Source: Candidatus Onthoplasma sp.
GTDB lineage: Bacteria > Bacillota > Clostridia > Christensenellales > UBA1242
Length of the DNA: 52,549 nucleotides
Assembly: GCA_045614345.1 (NCBI GenBank)
Contig: JAZLCR010000002.1
Coordinates: 1 to 52,549 of the forward strand
Direction: 5' to 3'
Shown: piece by piece, positions 38,101 through 43,700 of the stretch
Position numbering within the stretch: the stretch's first letter is position 1
How the letters are laid out: each line of letters begins with the position of its first letter
Notes under the pieces: model-generated
The model's database searches: none
What the model saw: only the letters and a program-made list of their open reading frames with translations
Told to the model about the DNA's origin: nothing
Translations under genes and position numbers: made by a program

Positions 38101-40345
38101 TGAGTTGCCAGAAGGTAAGTTCGATCCGAAAAAAGAAGCAGTTAAGGATTTTGTAGTAACCGTATTCTTTATCATAGTCAGCCTTATAACAGCTGGTTAT
38201 GGTTCAATAATTCTGGGCGCAGCTGCATCGGTAATGTCAAAAGTTGGGGCTGCAATTAAATTTATTTGGAAAACTTTTAAAGCAATGAAGGTGTTTACAC
38301 AAATCGCAATCATAGCAGCTTTATTTGGTGTAGTTGTTATGGGAATAGATTTAAACAAATCAAACTCACAAGACTTCTATAAACAAGTTGAATATCAAGG
38401 AACAGGATTCCTTTCATCAACATATTCACGTGAAATAAGATATAATGAGGGTGTTGTTCAATACTCATCAGATGATTATGTTATTATAGGTGGAATGGCG
38501 TATCAGCCACATTCAAGGCAAAGACCTAGAGATTTCTATTCAGAACAATATTTATTATTAAGAGTTAAAAACAATGGGGATGGCACCGTTTCTGCGCATG
38601 ATAGCCATGTTGTTGTTTATATCAATGAAGATCAATACAAAGGATACACAACAACTCCATACTATTTCTATAATGAAGAGACAGGTGATAGAAGTAATGA
38701 TACTATTCCATGCATAACAGAAGACTCAAAAATCTATGCAGTTTATAAAAAATACGCTATTCATGAAGGAACATTCTGGATCAATGCACTTGCAGGAACT
38801 GTTGAACAAATTCCAACATCAGAATTCTTCAGACCAGATGCTAGCATAAGAGAATCGCTATACACTTCAACCGGTGCAAATAGCTATATTTATGGAAAAT
38901 GGAATGGTTCGAACTATGAGTTCTTAACTAAGGACCAAACACCAGAATTTTCTGATAATCATGTTACATCTTGTGATGCATCAAAGGCTATTGTAAGTTA
39001 TCCAGGTAAAGAAATGGAAGTAACAGAAAGTTCAACTCGTGTTTTGGATAAAAAATTTAAATATGATGCTAGCAATGATACAACAGGCCTCGTTGAAGGT
39101 TATGACTATATGAAAAATGCTTATTATGCAGCAGCAGGTTCATATGGGGCATTCACAAAATATGCAACCTTTAAACATTTGGAAACAGGAATGCCAGCAG
39201 ATTATGATCAAGATGATAATGCCGGAACAAAATATGTTATGTTGGTTGAGAAAGTAATAGAAAACGGCGTTCATATTAGAAACGTTGAGCATTATTATCA
39301 AATAACAAATGCTGATTTTAAAGGTTATGCCGATGAATCATACACGCATAAAGCGGAAATGGAAACAGTTCCAACTGGAGAGGGTATTATGTTTGAAGTT
39401 CATCCATATTCATTCACGAATCCATATGATAGTCTAATAACAGATTCTTACGATGGAAATACTTACAGATTGGATGATTCTGAAGGAGTACCACACAAAG
39501 TCACATATTTCCTTTATGTTGGAGGTTTCCAAGTTCAAACAATTGACGGAACACCTTATGCCTACACAGAAATATCTAAACAAGACTATCGTTCAGCAGT
39601 AACTTTGTTCTATAAACCGGCTGGGGGAACAGCGGAAGATGTATTGGAAATCACAAGAATTAAAACAAAGGATGTTTGGTACGATGGAAATGATGGCTGG
39701 GCTAGTGAGTATCAACCGTGTTCTTATGCATTAATTTCGCAGTATTGGGATGGTGGCCTACATATTTCTGGAACAAAAAATTTCTGGGGAGTAACCAGAA
39801 CAGAAGAAATGTGGCTTGCAACAAAAGATTTATATTTAGATAGAGAGTGCACTGAGAAAAATAAGGTGTCAAATGTATTCTGCAGAAGTACATCTGAAAC
39901 AATAAAAGTTAGTGTTGAGAAGAAAGAAGGAAATTATGAGGAAGTGGCAATTTTCAAACTTTACATGATTAATAAAAACTTCGATCTTGAAACAAATGGT
40001 GTGATCAGCCGAACTTACGTGTCTTATAATAACGATTTGGAAAATGGTGAGAATTACACTTATAACATGTACTTATCATATCAAAACGGAGCATGCGAGT
40101 TCTACACAAGATTTAGATATTTCAATTCATGGAGAAATACAAAAACAGTTTCTAACTTCAACGAAATTTGGAGCAAAAACGGCGGTGGTTATTATGATCT
40201 TATTGTTGAAAATGGACGTCCAAATGGCAGAAAAACAGTTTTAGTTGAAACAGTTAAAGTTTCAATGTCTGGAAAGTGTTATCGCTCAACAATAGACAGT
40301 GACAGTGGTGCGTATATTCAAGGTGGTTCTATTACGGTTAAATAG
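20153..40345 (+). CDS. giant surface protein, 6730 aa: lipobox-like signal, Ig-like N-terminal region, at least six GLUG-motif modules, C-terminal two-helix TM hairpin and 665-aa Tyr/Trp-rich domain
   Basis: Single uninterrupted 20,193-nt ORF. The N-terminus MRRKISSIVAVVFVVFACLFAGA|C has Cys24 at nt 20222-20224. GLUG modules start near nt 23518, 28020, 29440, 31160, 33280 and 34170. Each opens with a conserved entry element such as GSEFTIRSVEDLKSI, EVLIHSAEDIYNS or GSENNPHTISSVDEF, followed by dozens of xGG(L/I/F/V)(V/I/A)G repeats. No LPXTG motif was seen. Confidence 0.93.
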   Translation: MRRKISSIVAVVFVVFACLFAGACGNKYEKMEFKVYYAFSADAEQWYDGTEGISLNYNPNDVYDGGERTSLIFDKGYASIYIKIEVLNVKEKDIDLISVSPTSTQGLDFSSVMVSSNQVFEIGMNGNVNSMFKIYEAESGRNFEFSLVVSRELQSITANLDYKPATTLEGVLNLANLDNLTFEPRGLTNQTKVIYMVDSIGHYQGDLYCLDVDAESAASYVGVVDDVFLKIHNTNFYYTLKANVVRIKAVSAYHDGAVDAADEIHALFDVYLTESYVGSPSLQFVNDGGPNKDVVNEINIYENGDKYSRSTVLVRMAEDLRDSLYATEIDVYGGKAFFETAIYVKTQQGIYEKYNFDNQENNGDKLGINGLYITKKSRDVFEFSIVNRDVLINEILVRYEINGLNFYQNAIGTLASEFRIRKGVMPTCITINDVMDLSDGDEVGATIYETANSEYQGLVLKLAPNPNVNISSVLTLEFENDSLFITDSKGNEIKSGNEVLNNSTIFVKFKTGVSGEKILTIKTLSSPDYYNGETVAVGDREYITVTYKLNKIVTADRFEFVQNLDLGSDVVVDEMYVNAENGFIYPKVYYTGSSLEASTIKLMSNNENFKFLNGSTEFLLSDAHTFESGVMPSGQKYRIYKIQIAANFATTAGISIFVNDNLISIREELLARAVYLMSNDAQERLTLQPVERGVKQFTPAEVDNGYLNFALVKGEYVNFEVLDVYNDRTDTIAGIELEDDTTITGDEFNTGALTYSKRSNNSFEVYAKKAGYTHILKLIVLFHVEEYEVIVMKGKTIDVQVAVYDPISILDVDVTRNEIAYSNPYYTEAGSTTITLRALTSNYGMPVEKIVFYDASENVEINNISQIRVSNNISNAYMADVELTFLSKSGQAIDIISNGLLYLFDGIQSIDKSFLEGSITLKLKDSIDLNKIVLTITALKFGESFDVSTSVEVKIVEIDKAKGIVVSGKSLYVDENENIVPELTLSFMNVKEQDGRVEKSFNANIRFETLNVPENKLRFDDANSALTYILYRYETDANGQLVKDANGKAVALPIDNTFFGVSFNNGIVNISAIKKNGGGLFKLVLVTKDSYKLKYDPNSILIDESHFDTKCEITIRVEDGEIGSEFTIRSVEDLKSINNNLDKNFVLAANLGEEGEVDIAPIGVIGTDVSQFKGSLNGENIKMLVGGGSLSENYSINMKIRQSANDATHGDLYGLFAWLGEDAIIKNLHIKAEFESSFAGGNVGIVAGVNGGTINNVTVEIKSGDLSLSNGVNFGGLVGQNNKVINASRVLSNDKLNLVVESGEYNIGLFAGLNNPNATINGRYVGKESLDKFTFDAIVNLSVENTNTAGSTNLHIGTISGKNMGIVSGMLVGGQMAVSNEYLAVSPNGVVGGLVGLSTGAGNKVELSTALSLDVKSTSNNIEVGGIVGQADETIIDYVKYVSAITSFKNGAYDILGCVEGKSKVGGIVASSKNASIVNSSVESFVDTVYNEATFTYETFYSIQNGTTTAGLVANAEGTTINNSFVVANIKSTGSINLTSNGSESLTYFIGNVDGTVGQNKTNYSVVNAKINGENIDVGDYIDDTFVVDANTTIWTNIYVNNGGNYEKAESYVDGKIYVKFKADEWENFVVTKTGVLLSDWELEESYNVVRISGINFFFPYLNKVWDNGGVTKVEPLQIVKPLSITADINESYVSKIDSTYVKEFNYADYESLIAETVIVNYINGNTEENTRNIFSTRNPDGSYNDDGLLNIEKLPEYAQGGYDFEIYGKGHLYAYFNESKQIVFTGVSGSTPILIRIYSVFNPDIELYVAFYTQSLFTELTLSSSSIYQVDETGYKYEINTYTGQNNKIISLGTKNQISGVNYTSLFDVSGIGQYLKLEKTLDVDTKLAVDTSSIESITLKIRDDLSDSEKIEPDEYEVVTFELFILPEYFGSNEGLNHVNSRISLGEVALRVNLYNAAKSISIDGGYKEFTTNDDLNFNVALTTDYVNASKYGSTLEEQKNSTINETVSIDLTGDNGEIKNVSADSDYIIIRFEIVEGLSQVEELLRVNNLEKFVQLFNCKIISSLQITENDSKIIGYRYNVTLELKDYRNYRYIKENIKFNLFIYAYSNESEVNNESYPMEILIKPTALSTVRIENYKVETLKVNTDYTSIVTNDDVQTSIVEPGSLGNVMMIYMEPTYSNITKATIKTSSLFVPSLSKNVQLKFTQLVLDQRGATTVFSTLMGEFAENQDGDTLNLRLVSAINNEGLVYNGVICLYIQLEHFTGLEGSLSVELNAETGDGKVVKRTKDLITTYIPDVKISYDEEKSISEGKYLIQKGTSENLVKLKVRGYQFNSDPNISIDWDLTPEMVDGQIVYDVNGVVQYTGDYRYDYQLIDNGDGTKTYLENRKVIIKKVSGDSYFIGDYVSYFLSNGYKDVIYDKNDDSYSMIVSLNVSADIPTSFKLSASLSLTTKDGDLITRSTDPITFCSTDYILNSVAVAGLTSSNSKNIALEKTENVTLAFTTDNAVNDLSNVIYDELINYAQNKGDALTVLAKMFSFYRGGNLTFADFEMHPEFEVGFINNLITITGVQRFSSLVKLEIHYNYVQTNNGDYVVDFSKTGKVLEFTFTINIYAEEKETEVLIHSAEDIYNSSSGSWNLKEGEHYVLMNDITLENVVPITTAIGSFDGNNRVISIKSFKVDTNNSDYGLFATVGTYQVEDKQTETQITRQTILKNIIVNYGDFEGTLALNNDITTVNFGGLVARNNGGLIYNCDVMNLTLNDKVVSLIVSSSAKVTFGGLVGENNGIITNSRVGRESYTRVTASKDSERTSEVNAGGLSFEIFNKMQENEKTVNPFEIVAGGFVGVNGGTISTSYVANTNLINYSTNERTNITSGFVGNNSGTISYSYAKADEQTISSSQPYSKGYVVDNKGNGIVSGFAYNNTGTISNSYSNIELKTLSAYISGFVYNNSGKIVESYAATTMNSGSVDSFAEQPFVGVSNAGVLLSTGTIENSYYLMRSETDNPYTDGDKDYAKALNRENFQNSENLIGFAFVLTNSKLEREQGIWSYYTTDGKRRILPELMNANIVAHSYRFVVETPAGDKVLTNASSYGEGSENNPHTISSVDEFNNVFTSHLNSENEFVGFVRFINNINFNDDEKAIKTRTKFTLGSRLATTSVEGNGMSINGIYLDVEDAVVEEIGLFAKIENAYVKNLNLNFATPKTDEQFSTTTATYSGGLAGRINNSAIININLVGKNTTLTGSNFVGGVAGLVTGNSLIYGIETNLRVKTGVRNSALYYNERDYKDLGREDNYALYAKKLSYVGGVAGVLDLTSRAGIEYNVQFIDVRGDQMTPKTLDGQPEATILASYAGGVAGYASANTTSFKLRYFVGQNDMIHGSEVAGGIFGVSLGRIVASQVAAEENTQFDYDTAYGDYVLSLNNLDQDAKIQTSKVGNMSLLQGDKYVGGLIGVGIGSTVVASYSKASIYSGSTVGGLLGVSVASTISYSYAIPFVNFHSGLTYAGGLIGAAYEVDNISPERNKVISEYEALFKLKNTIVNNEPKPTNIQSTYSTIILDNEKLNEQNNVVFDYVVANFDADSIASNNNQNLIYVYAGTINYLNDVNSVVKNKTEESNDSSKLELHRLFMVEDPSQIVSFQEVFAGWAIIKHWTLNEQKYFPLLNDKLVDNYINIYDGDDFEMLENNPYGKFRIVDNITVTEEDSNWIVSGRFMGTLIGEKIGDSTRPVVTVILKPKTANETTGFFKETFNATLSNIEFKWQPIDLSVVENVTMVSTLTCKDTNSLISNIEVRGCVDPSISLEGYIIDSDKSIGGFGGIVGEMTNTNILDTVFSGKVRATIKGVVGDAVYVGGTAGFAQTNSTIKVDGKEEEVRERTAVINNTQVGVPLAGNSSITSFDLTIDQNNEKDVYIGGSVGKADIVAISNNKVGDLKYEGGEDYKYITIDVKANEFDQDRLAIGGITAWAKDGMISKCDALTKINLVGTTKQDESGEILVAGLVGYYSLGNPTSTSGISNCNASTNISTFKGSDKLEVKGPMAVVMSAGAGRLDLKATMKECLFIGEINTDKEEVSIPILYAGGAVGRIQSTEIVNLQEITSNVVIYAGSTYTTNLYVGGLIGSVNKAEISYSTSWGRIVPIAGDSSVEILAGGLIGLIAQQEGDRIDVLNSYTISSVLPDQVEGKGLTKLGTGALVGKIKDPKVVNFNKDSVFYSSDYSLCIDENYINSNPLGNNLSAETMFNNKDWQEKLRTENGSENSIWNQFVVYSPDDVRMPYQTSLNDDMMNYGIIQKVSGNKYDYIEGSAMRPEQINSDTTFDQDNYKYYLLKPNADGKTPTFTNALYGILICKDVTYENAFKVGTLSQIDPIVDYDIDGTYFGIISAVRKNSAISNMNIVINEPISSNGNVGIIAGINNGVIFNCSVQGTAIEISGSGNYGLISCSNKGIISNCYSTAEINKLVSANLGGITYANSGKLVSNYFTGYIENENSTAAGIVVQFNEGYVYNNYMAGVVTKIKEDGNAFNASGNISGENNFIDSYSDIEYNHKEYDGATQAEREAKEAEEHAKLMPISTAELMSNIKKDTGAELLKGKWRVSVDSSYGFINKDGVADPESFFGFNYNYPVYRINKLMGNIVNDIKNQLPTGTGITNENLDTLDERYQKIVNGVGAPNQEYLDAFKIPHLGVLTSIQNLLDKSRNYVVIYDMNGLNKAWKPIGTYGEVNNFANPDEYGFSGVFVTNEYYNLNLNKSKTISNLGEKGLFANIDQAYFSDIKFGGLSNLSSSGAFGTNILPTMEDNANVYVNNVMFVENSVITIDSSSTSGGLFGTVEGYLKITLFSNKTEDNTPAMIFEGGNYVGLIAGTLEDGKIELVSGDYFVNFNGCENTGGVVGSMKSKSLGAEIIGGDNTITIFTNVGSNEFNTMIGGVVAKTEYVDANNPTGKLTISNITVCFGGTLLQFNTSYYGGIVAQVNASTEVNDFIMTSEAGKVEFLTRGSNKHFGLLAGSQNADLKVTSFTMNSISEVNVTCNNDAGGETFEYETTTMGIGLLVGSLKNSSLTVDSQSINEISITSNAIPNLGSLIGYIEDDGTGSGVKINVPKPEVLIKLQGTTNVGGLVGHMKGNIYNDVTFADELLKDMDFAQIIIKGSDDDSMKYRNFGGIFGRFDGESSVQITNKNEIIIDEEKGVAYNVGGVIGMLAEGTKVANLVNEKDFKEDNTFSETIITNVNGTKEITRFINVGGVVGYAKNAEITNVTNNAIIKGYQNVGGIVGNLSGDLAKLENSSGVSEHNSVDEAGENDDVIWLSSNKKLHATKDSNENAGEVYGIINVGGAVGLADESKVLKVSTMANVYGNTNVGGLIGLADKLAQIDQNYVYKSEDEETVVKGVYYDLKITEVNNVTGETKITAKTITPTGVGGVVGTINNSSVTHNAINEVCVASTEETFGKNLGEIEAISTISNYMMDVKVGDSNSLDSVKNFFDLSKPANLANKLKFSDVKTGFGGFAGTIDTESMGKIADAATGEKAIAKNYIKDINIEAQLGINVGTYLGVYRYSGNNTEGTKNFMDVPMLLGTNNLVDGGYNVGGIVGYVDYVSGEMLNVLDNKNLKGYNSEIKLQSRLGAMYVGGLAGKTDANTIEAFNISSSEAEVNITISTNLSYYVGGLIGRAEVGKNYARIASIKGNLGDWNNDGPDGEAGTADDAPTMIAGTDAVVVSGNDERDNFGALIGMLKSAKRESGMEITVEGNHNKLFTINVIENSNYVEGSTVFNSLENENQIDLYAQAYYINMDSFNISGSKNADYHGDGKTNLFTNKASGWAKEYTIAKTIQRCITMDDIENKTDGVNPKWDSIATIYDASNIRLVDVNGDSIERTMYERTAGEPLIYASTYIAEPVPDPLNECLMTNKNWNTTYGTKKKKQELFAVLGYQKDAKQVLEGTREHTYDSLQEVGFIFETYEDEGEDNKVMFIKTINMTNDNKASSGSIFRMDGRADELPEGKFDPKKEAVKDFVVTVFFIIVSLITAGYGSIILGAAASVMSKVGAAIKFIWKTFKAMKVFTQIAIIAALFGVVVMGIDLNKSNSQDFYKQVEYQGTGFLSSTYSREIRYNEGVVQYSSDDYVIIGGMAYQPHSRQRPRDFYSEQYLLLRVKNNGDGTVSAHDSHVVVYINEDQYKGYTTTPYYFYNEETGDRSNDTIPCITEDSKIYAVYKKYAIHEGTFWINALAGTVEQIPTSEFFRPDASIRESLYTSTGANSYIYGKWNGSNYEFLTKDQTPEFSDNHVTSCDASKAIVSYPGKEMEVTESSTRVLDKKFKYDASNDTTGLVEGYDYMKNAYYAAAGSYGAFTKYATFKHLETGMPADYDQDDNAGTKYVMLVEKVIENGVHIRNVEHYYQITNADFKGYADESYTHKAEMETVPTGEGIMFEVHPYSFTNPYDSLITDSYDGNTYRLDDSEGVPHKVTYFLYVGGFQVQTIDGTPYAYTEISKQDYRSAVTLFYKPAGGTAEDVLEITRIKTKDVWYDGNDGWASEYQPCSYALISQYWDGGLHISGTKNFWGVTRTEEMWLATKDLYLDRECTEKNKVSNVFCRSTSETIKVSVEKKEGNYEEVAIFKLYMINKNFDLETNGVISRTYVSYNNDLENGENYTYNMYLSYQNGACEFYTRFRYFNSWRNTKTVSNFNEIWSKNGGGYYDLIVENGRPNGRKTVLVETVKVSMSGKCYRSTIDSDSGAYIQGGSITVK
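38150..38347 (+). other. predicted transmembrane hairpin inside the 6730-aa protein (aa 6000-6028 and 6047-6065)
   Basis: FVVTVFFIIVSLITAGYGSIILGAAASVM, then the amphipathic stretch SKVGAAIKFIWKTFKAMK, then VFTQIAIIAALFGVVVMGI. These are the only long hydrophobic stretches after the signal peptide. Confidence 0.7.
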
Positions 40346-40416
40346 GCTGTGATTGGAAATCATGAAAGTATATGTAACTCCAAACTAAACAGGTTAGATT
40401 ATTTATCTTTCCACTA

Positions 40417-40447
40417 AAAAAGAGAACGGAAACGTTCTCTTTTTTGT
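40417..40447 (+). terminator. intrinsic terminator of the 6730-aa gene
   Basis: Stem AGAGAACG (40421-40428), loop GAAA, CGTTCTCT (40433-40440), then TTTTTT. Confidence 0.8.
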
Positions 40448-40646
40448 TGAGGATTTAAATTTTAAATATTAAAAAATAAAATGTTTAGTAATCTTCAAGC
40501 GTTATTGAATGATATCCACAATTATAACAATGTAAAGTCAAAATTTTAGTAAAAAAATAAATAAAAACAACTAAACAATTTCAATTTTCAACAAATTTTT
40601 CCGCATTTTTGTCATATTAAGAGGGTGATTTTTTTAAAATAGGGTA

Positions 40647-40674
40647 TTGACAAATAGCGGTTTTGCTGTATAAT
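40647..40674 (+). promoter_or_regulatory. consensus sigma-70 promoter of the 1070-aa gene
   Basis: -35 TTGACA (40647-40652), 16-nt spacer, -10 TATAAT (40669-40674). The RBS GGGGAAGAG precedes the ATG at 40707. Confidence 0.6.
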
Positions 40675-40706
40675 GTGATTAACAAATTCAGTTTTGGGGA
40701 AGAGTT

Positions 40707-43700
40707 ATGAAGAAATTTTTAGTGTTTTTAGTTTCATTAGTTGTGGTGGTTTGTGTTGGTTTAACCACTTATTATTTCATGAGAAATAATGAAATTATCA
40801 CAATCTCAATGAAAGAAATATATTGCAATGCGGGAGACACAATTCCGCTTAAATCTCTTGGGATTGACATCAAAAGGGCAAATGTTTCAAACAAAACAAC
40901 GTTTGATTATAATGCCGGTGGCGAAGATGTGACAAAGTTCATTTCATATGATGAAGCAAGTTCTTCTTATGTGGTTTCAAGAGAAAACGCTGGTGATGTA
41001 ACTTTGGTTATCAGAACATCAAACAAAAAATATTCGGATTTCACAATCAGTGTTCATATTGGTAATGGCAGTCAAGAAAATCCATACTACATTTTTAGTG
41101 AAACAGATCTTATGAAGATTGGTTCAACTTACAGATTGGATAGTCATTATTCTTTAATGAATGACATAACATTAACATCTCAATTTTCACCAATTGGTTA
41201 TAACTCAAACACTTCAATTTGGGAAGGTTTCAATGGAACATTCAATGGAAATGGTCATACAATCAAAGCAATGAACTTAACAGATGTTGATAGTGAAAGC
41301 GTTGGTTTCTTCTCAAGTGTTGGTGCAAATGGTGTTGTTAAAAACTTAAACATCACAAATGCAAACATCAGCGGAGCAAACAAAAATGTTGGAACACTTG
41401 CTGGTGTTATGAATGGTGAAGTTGAAAAAGTTGTTGTCACAAATTCATCAATAACAAGCAATTCATCTGATAGCAGAATTGGCGCTCTTGCTGGTAGATC
41501 AGCTGGAAATATCAAATTGTCATATGCAGATAACATTATCATTAATGCATGTGGAACAGAAGAAGCAGATTTGACAAATGTTAAAATTGGTGGTTTTGTT
41601 GGAACAATTGAAGAATCAACAGTTCAAGCTTGTTACGCAAACAATGTTAAAATTAACACAGCGCATGCAAAAGCTTTAACAGGTGGTTTCGCCGGAGAGT
41701 TGGCGATTGGCAACAACGTTGGTTCAATTCAACAATCTTATGCAAACACAACTTGTTCAGATGACGACTTTGCAGCATTTGTTGCTGAAATTAACAAAAG
41801 TGCAGATTTTGATGCAGAAAAATCTAATATGTTACGTCATTTGATTGGTAACTTTGCTGTTGTGAACGGAGTTTCTAACAATTCAGAAATAACAGACAAT
41901 CAATTGGTTTCATATTTTGACAACACATATTTTAAAAATCCAATGTTTGAAGATCGTTCAGTTTTCTTCGAAGTGGATTCAGCTTTATACCTCATTCGTG
42001 GTTTCGCAAATGCAAGCGATGTTATCTCAACAAATGAATTCATATATTATGCTGTTGATGTGAACACAATCACAAATTGGGACACAACTTATGTTTGGAA
42101 CGTTTCAGAAAATTCACTTCCTGTTTTAAGAATGGGCAACATTTATCCTGCAGCTCCTTCAAGTGAATATTTAACAAGAAACTTAAAAGAAATCAACGCA
42201 GGAAATAAAAAGACTTTCCTTGATATCTTCAGTTCAAATGTGGATGGTGAAAATATTAAACTTTCAACAGATGTAGATTTAACAAGTGGCTGGACTCCTG
42301 TTGCACTTTCAAATTCAATTATCGATGGTGATGGTCACACAATAACATTAAGTTTGAAAACTTCATCAAACGGAAATCTTGGATTATTCTCAGTTATTGA
42401 TAATTGCACAATTAAAAATCTAAATATTGTTGTAACAGATGTAACAGCTAATGTTGCAAATGCTGGGGCTTTGGCCGGAACAATCATGTCTAGCGATAGT
42501 TTAACATCTTCATTGGTTGAAAATGTAACAGTTACTTATCAAGGTTTCTCATCAGCTATTATTGAAAACTTTGGTGGTGTTGTTGGTTCAGCTGAAAACA
42601 CAATAATCAGAAATGTTACAGTTTCAGGTTTGGATGTTGGCAACGCAATTATAACTAATGCAGGAACAATTGCTGGTGTTACTGGCGCAACAACTTCAAT
42701 TTCAGATTCAACAATCAATGCAACAATTGTGGCTGTTAAAAATGCTGGTGGTGTTGTTGCAAATAACGGCGGAACAATTGCAAACATTAAGGGTTCAATT
42801 TCAGTTAACTTAAGTTCAACCGATACTAATTCTTATGTTGGTGGTGTTGCTGCAAATAACGATGGAACAATCAGTAACATTAAAGAACTCACCGTAAGTG
42901 TTGATGTTAAGAAATATGGATCAACTGCATACGTTGCAGGAATTGTTGCAATAAACAATGGAACAATTTCAGATGTTACAATTTTGGGTGACAAAGTTGC
43001 AATCTCAACAAACACAACAAACACTGCTTATGTTGGAGGAATGGTTGCAAGCAACAATGGAACAATTTCAAATGTGGTTAACAGCATTGAATCAGTTGGA
43101 ACATATTACGTTGGAGCAAAACACTATGTTGGTGGTGTTGTTGCAATGAACAATGGAACAATTTCAAAGGTTGTTGCTCAATCAAATTTAAATGGTAACT
43201 ATGCTTCAGGAGTTGTTGCTTACATGAACAATTCAAAGGCAACAATCGATCAAGTTGTTGTTGGAAAATATAATGCAGAAACTAGAGTGCTTTCTCAAAA
43301 TGAAATTAAAGCAGATAAGTATATTGCGGGAATTATTGTTGATTTCAAAGCTGGAACAATCACAAATGTTCAAGCATCAAGCAATCTCATAGGTCAAACA
43401 AATTCAACAAGAAGTTCATTAGTTGCTTTAATTTTCCCTTATGGCGCAAACTTAAAAAATGCAACAATTAATAGTTCTCTCACAGGTTATGGCTTGAAAT
43501 ATAGAGAAGTGTGGACAGATTTTGCAAGCTACACAAACAAAGCAGAGTTTGGTTTGGCAAATGGCGAAACCGGTGATGAAAGATTTAATCTTTATAAATA
43601 CGACACATATCACGGATGCATGCAAAGTGTGGTTATAAACTCAGCGAAAGATGGGGTTGGATCAGCATCTGCTTCAATGGGCGCAGCATTTGCTTGGGGA

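Noticed and set aside
42700-43270. Regularly spaced identical 18-mers as a possible CRISPR-like array.
   Set aside because: They are in-frame within a long CDS with a 96-99-nt period, and the intervening sequence is homologous. They encode protein repeats and have no spacer-like unique segments.
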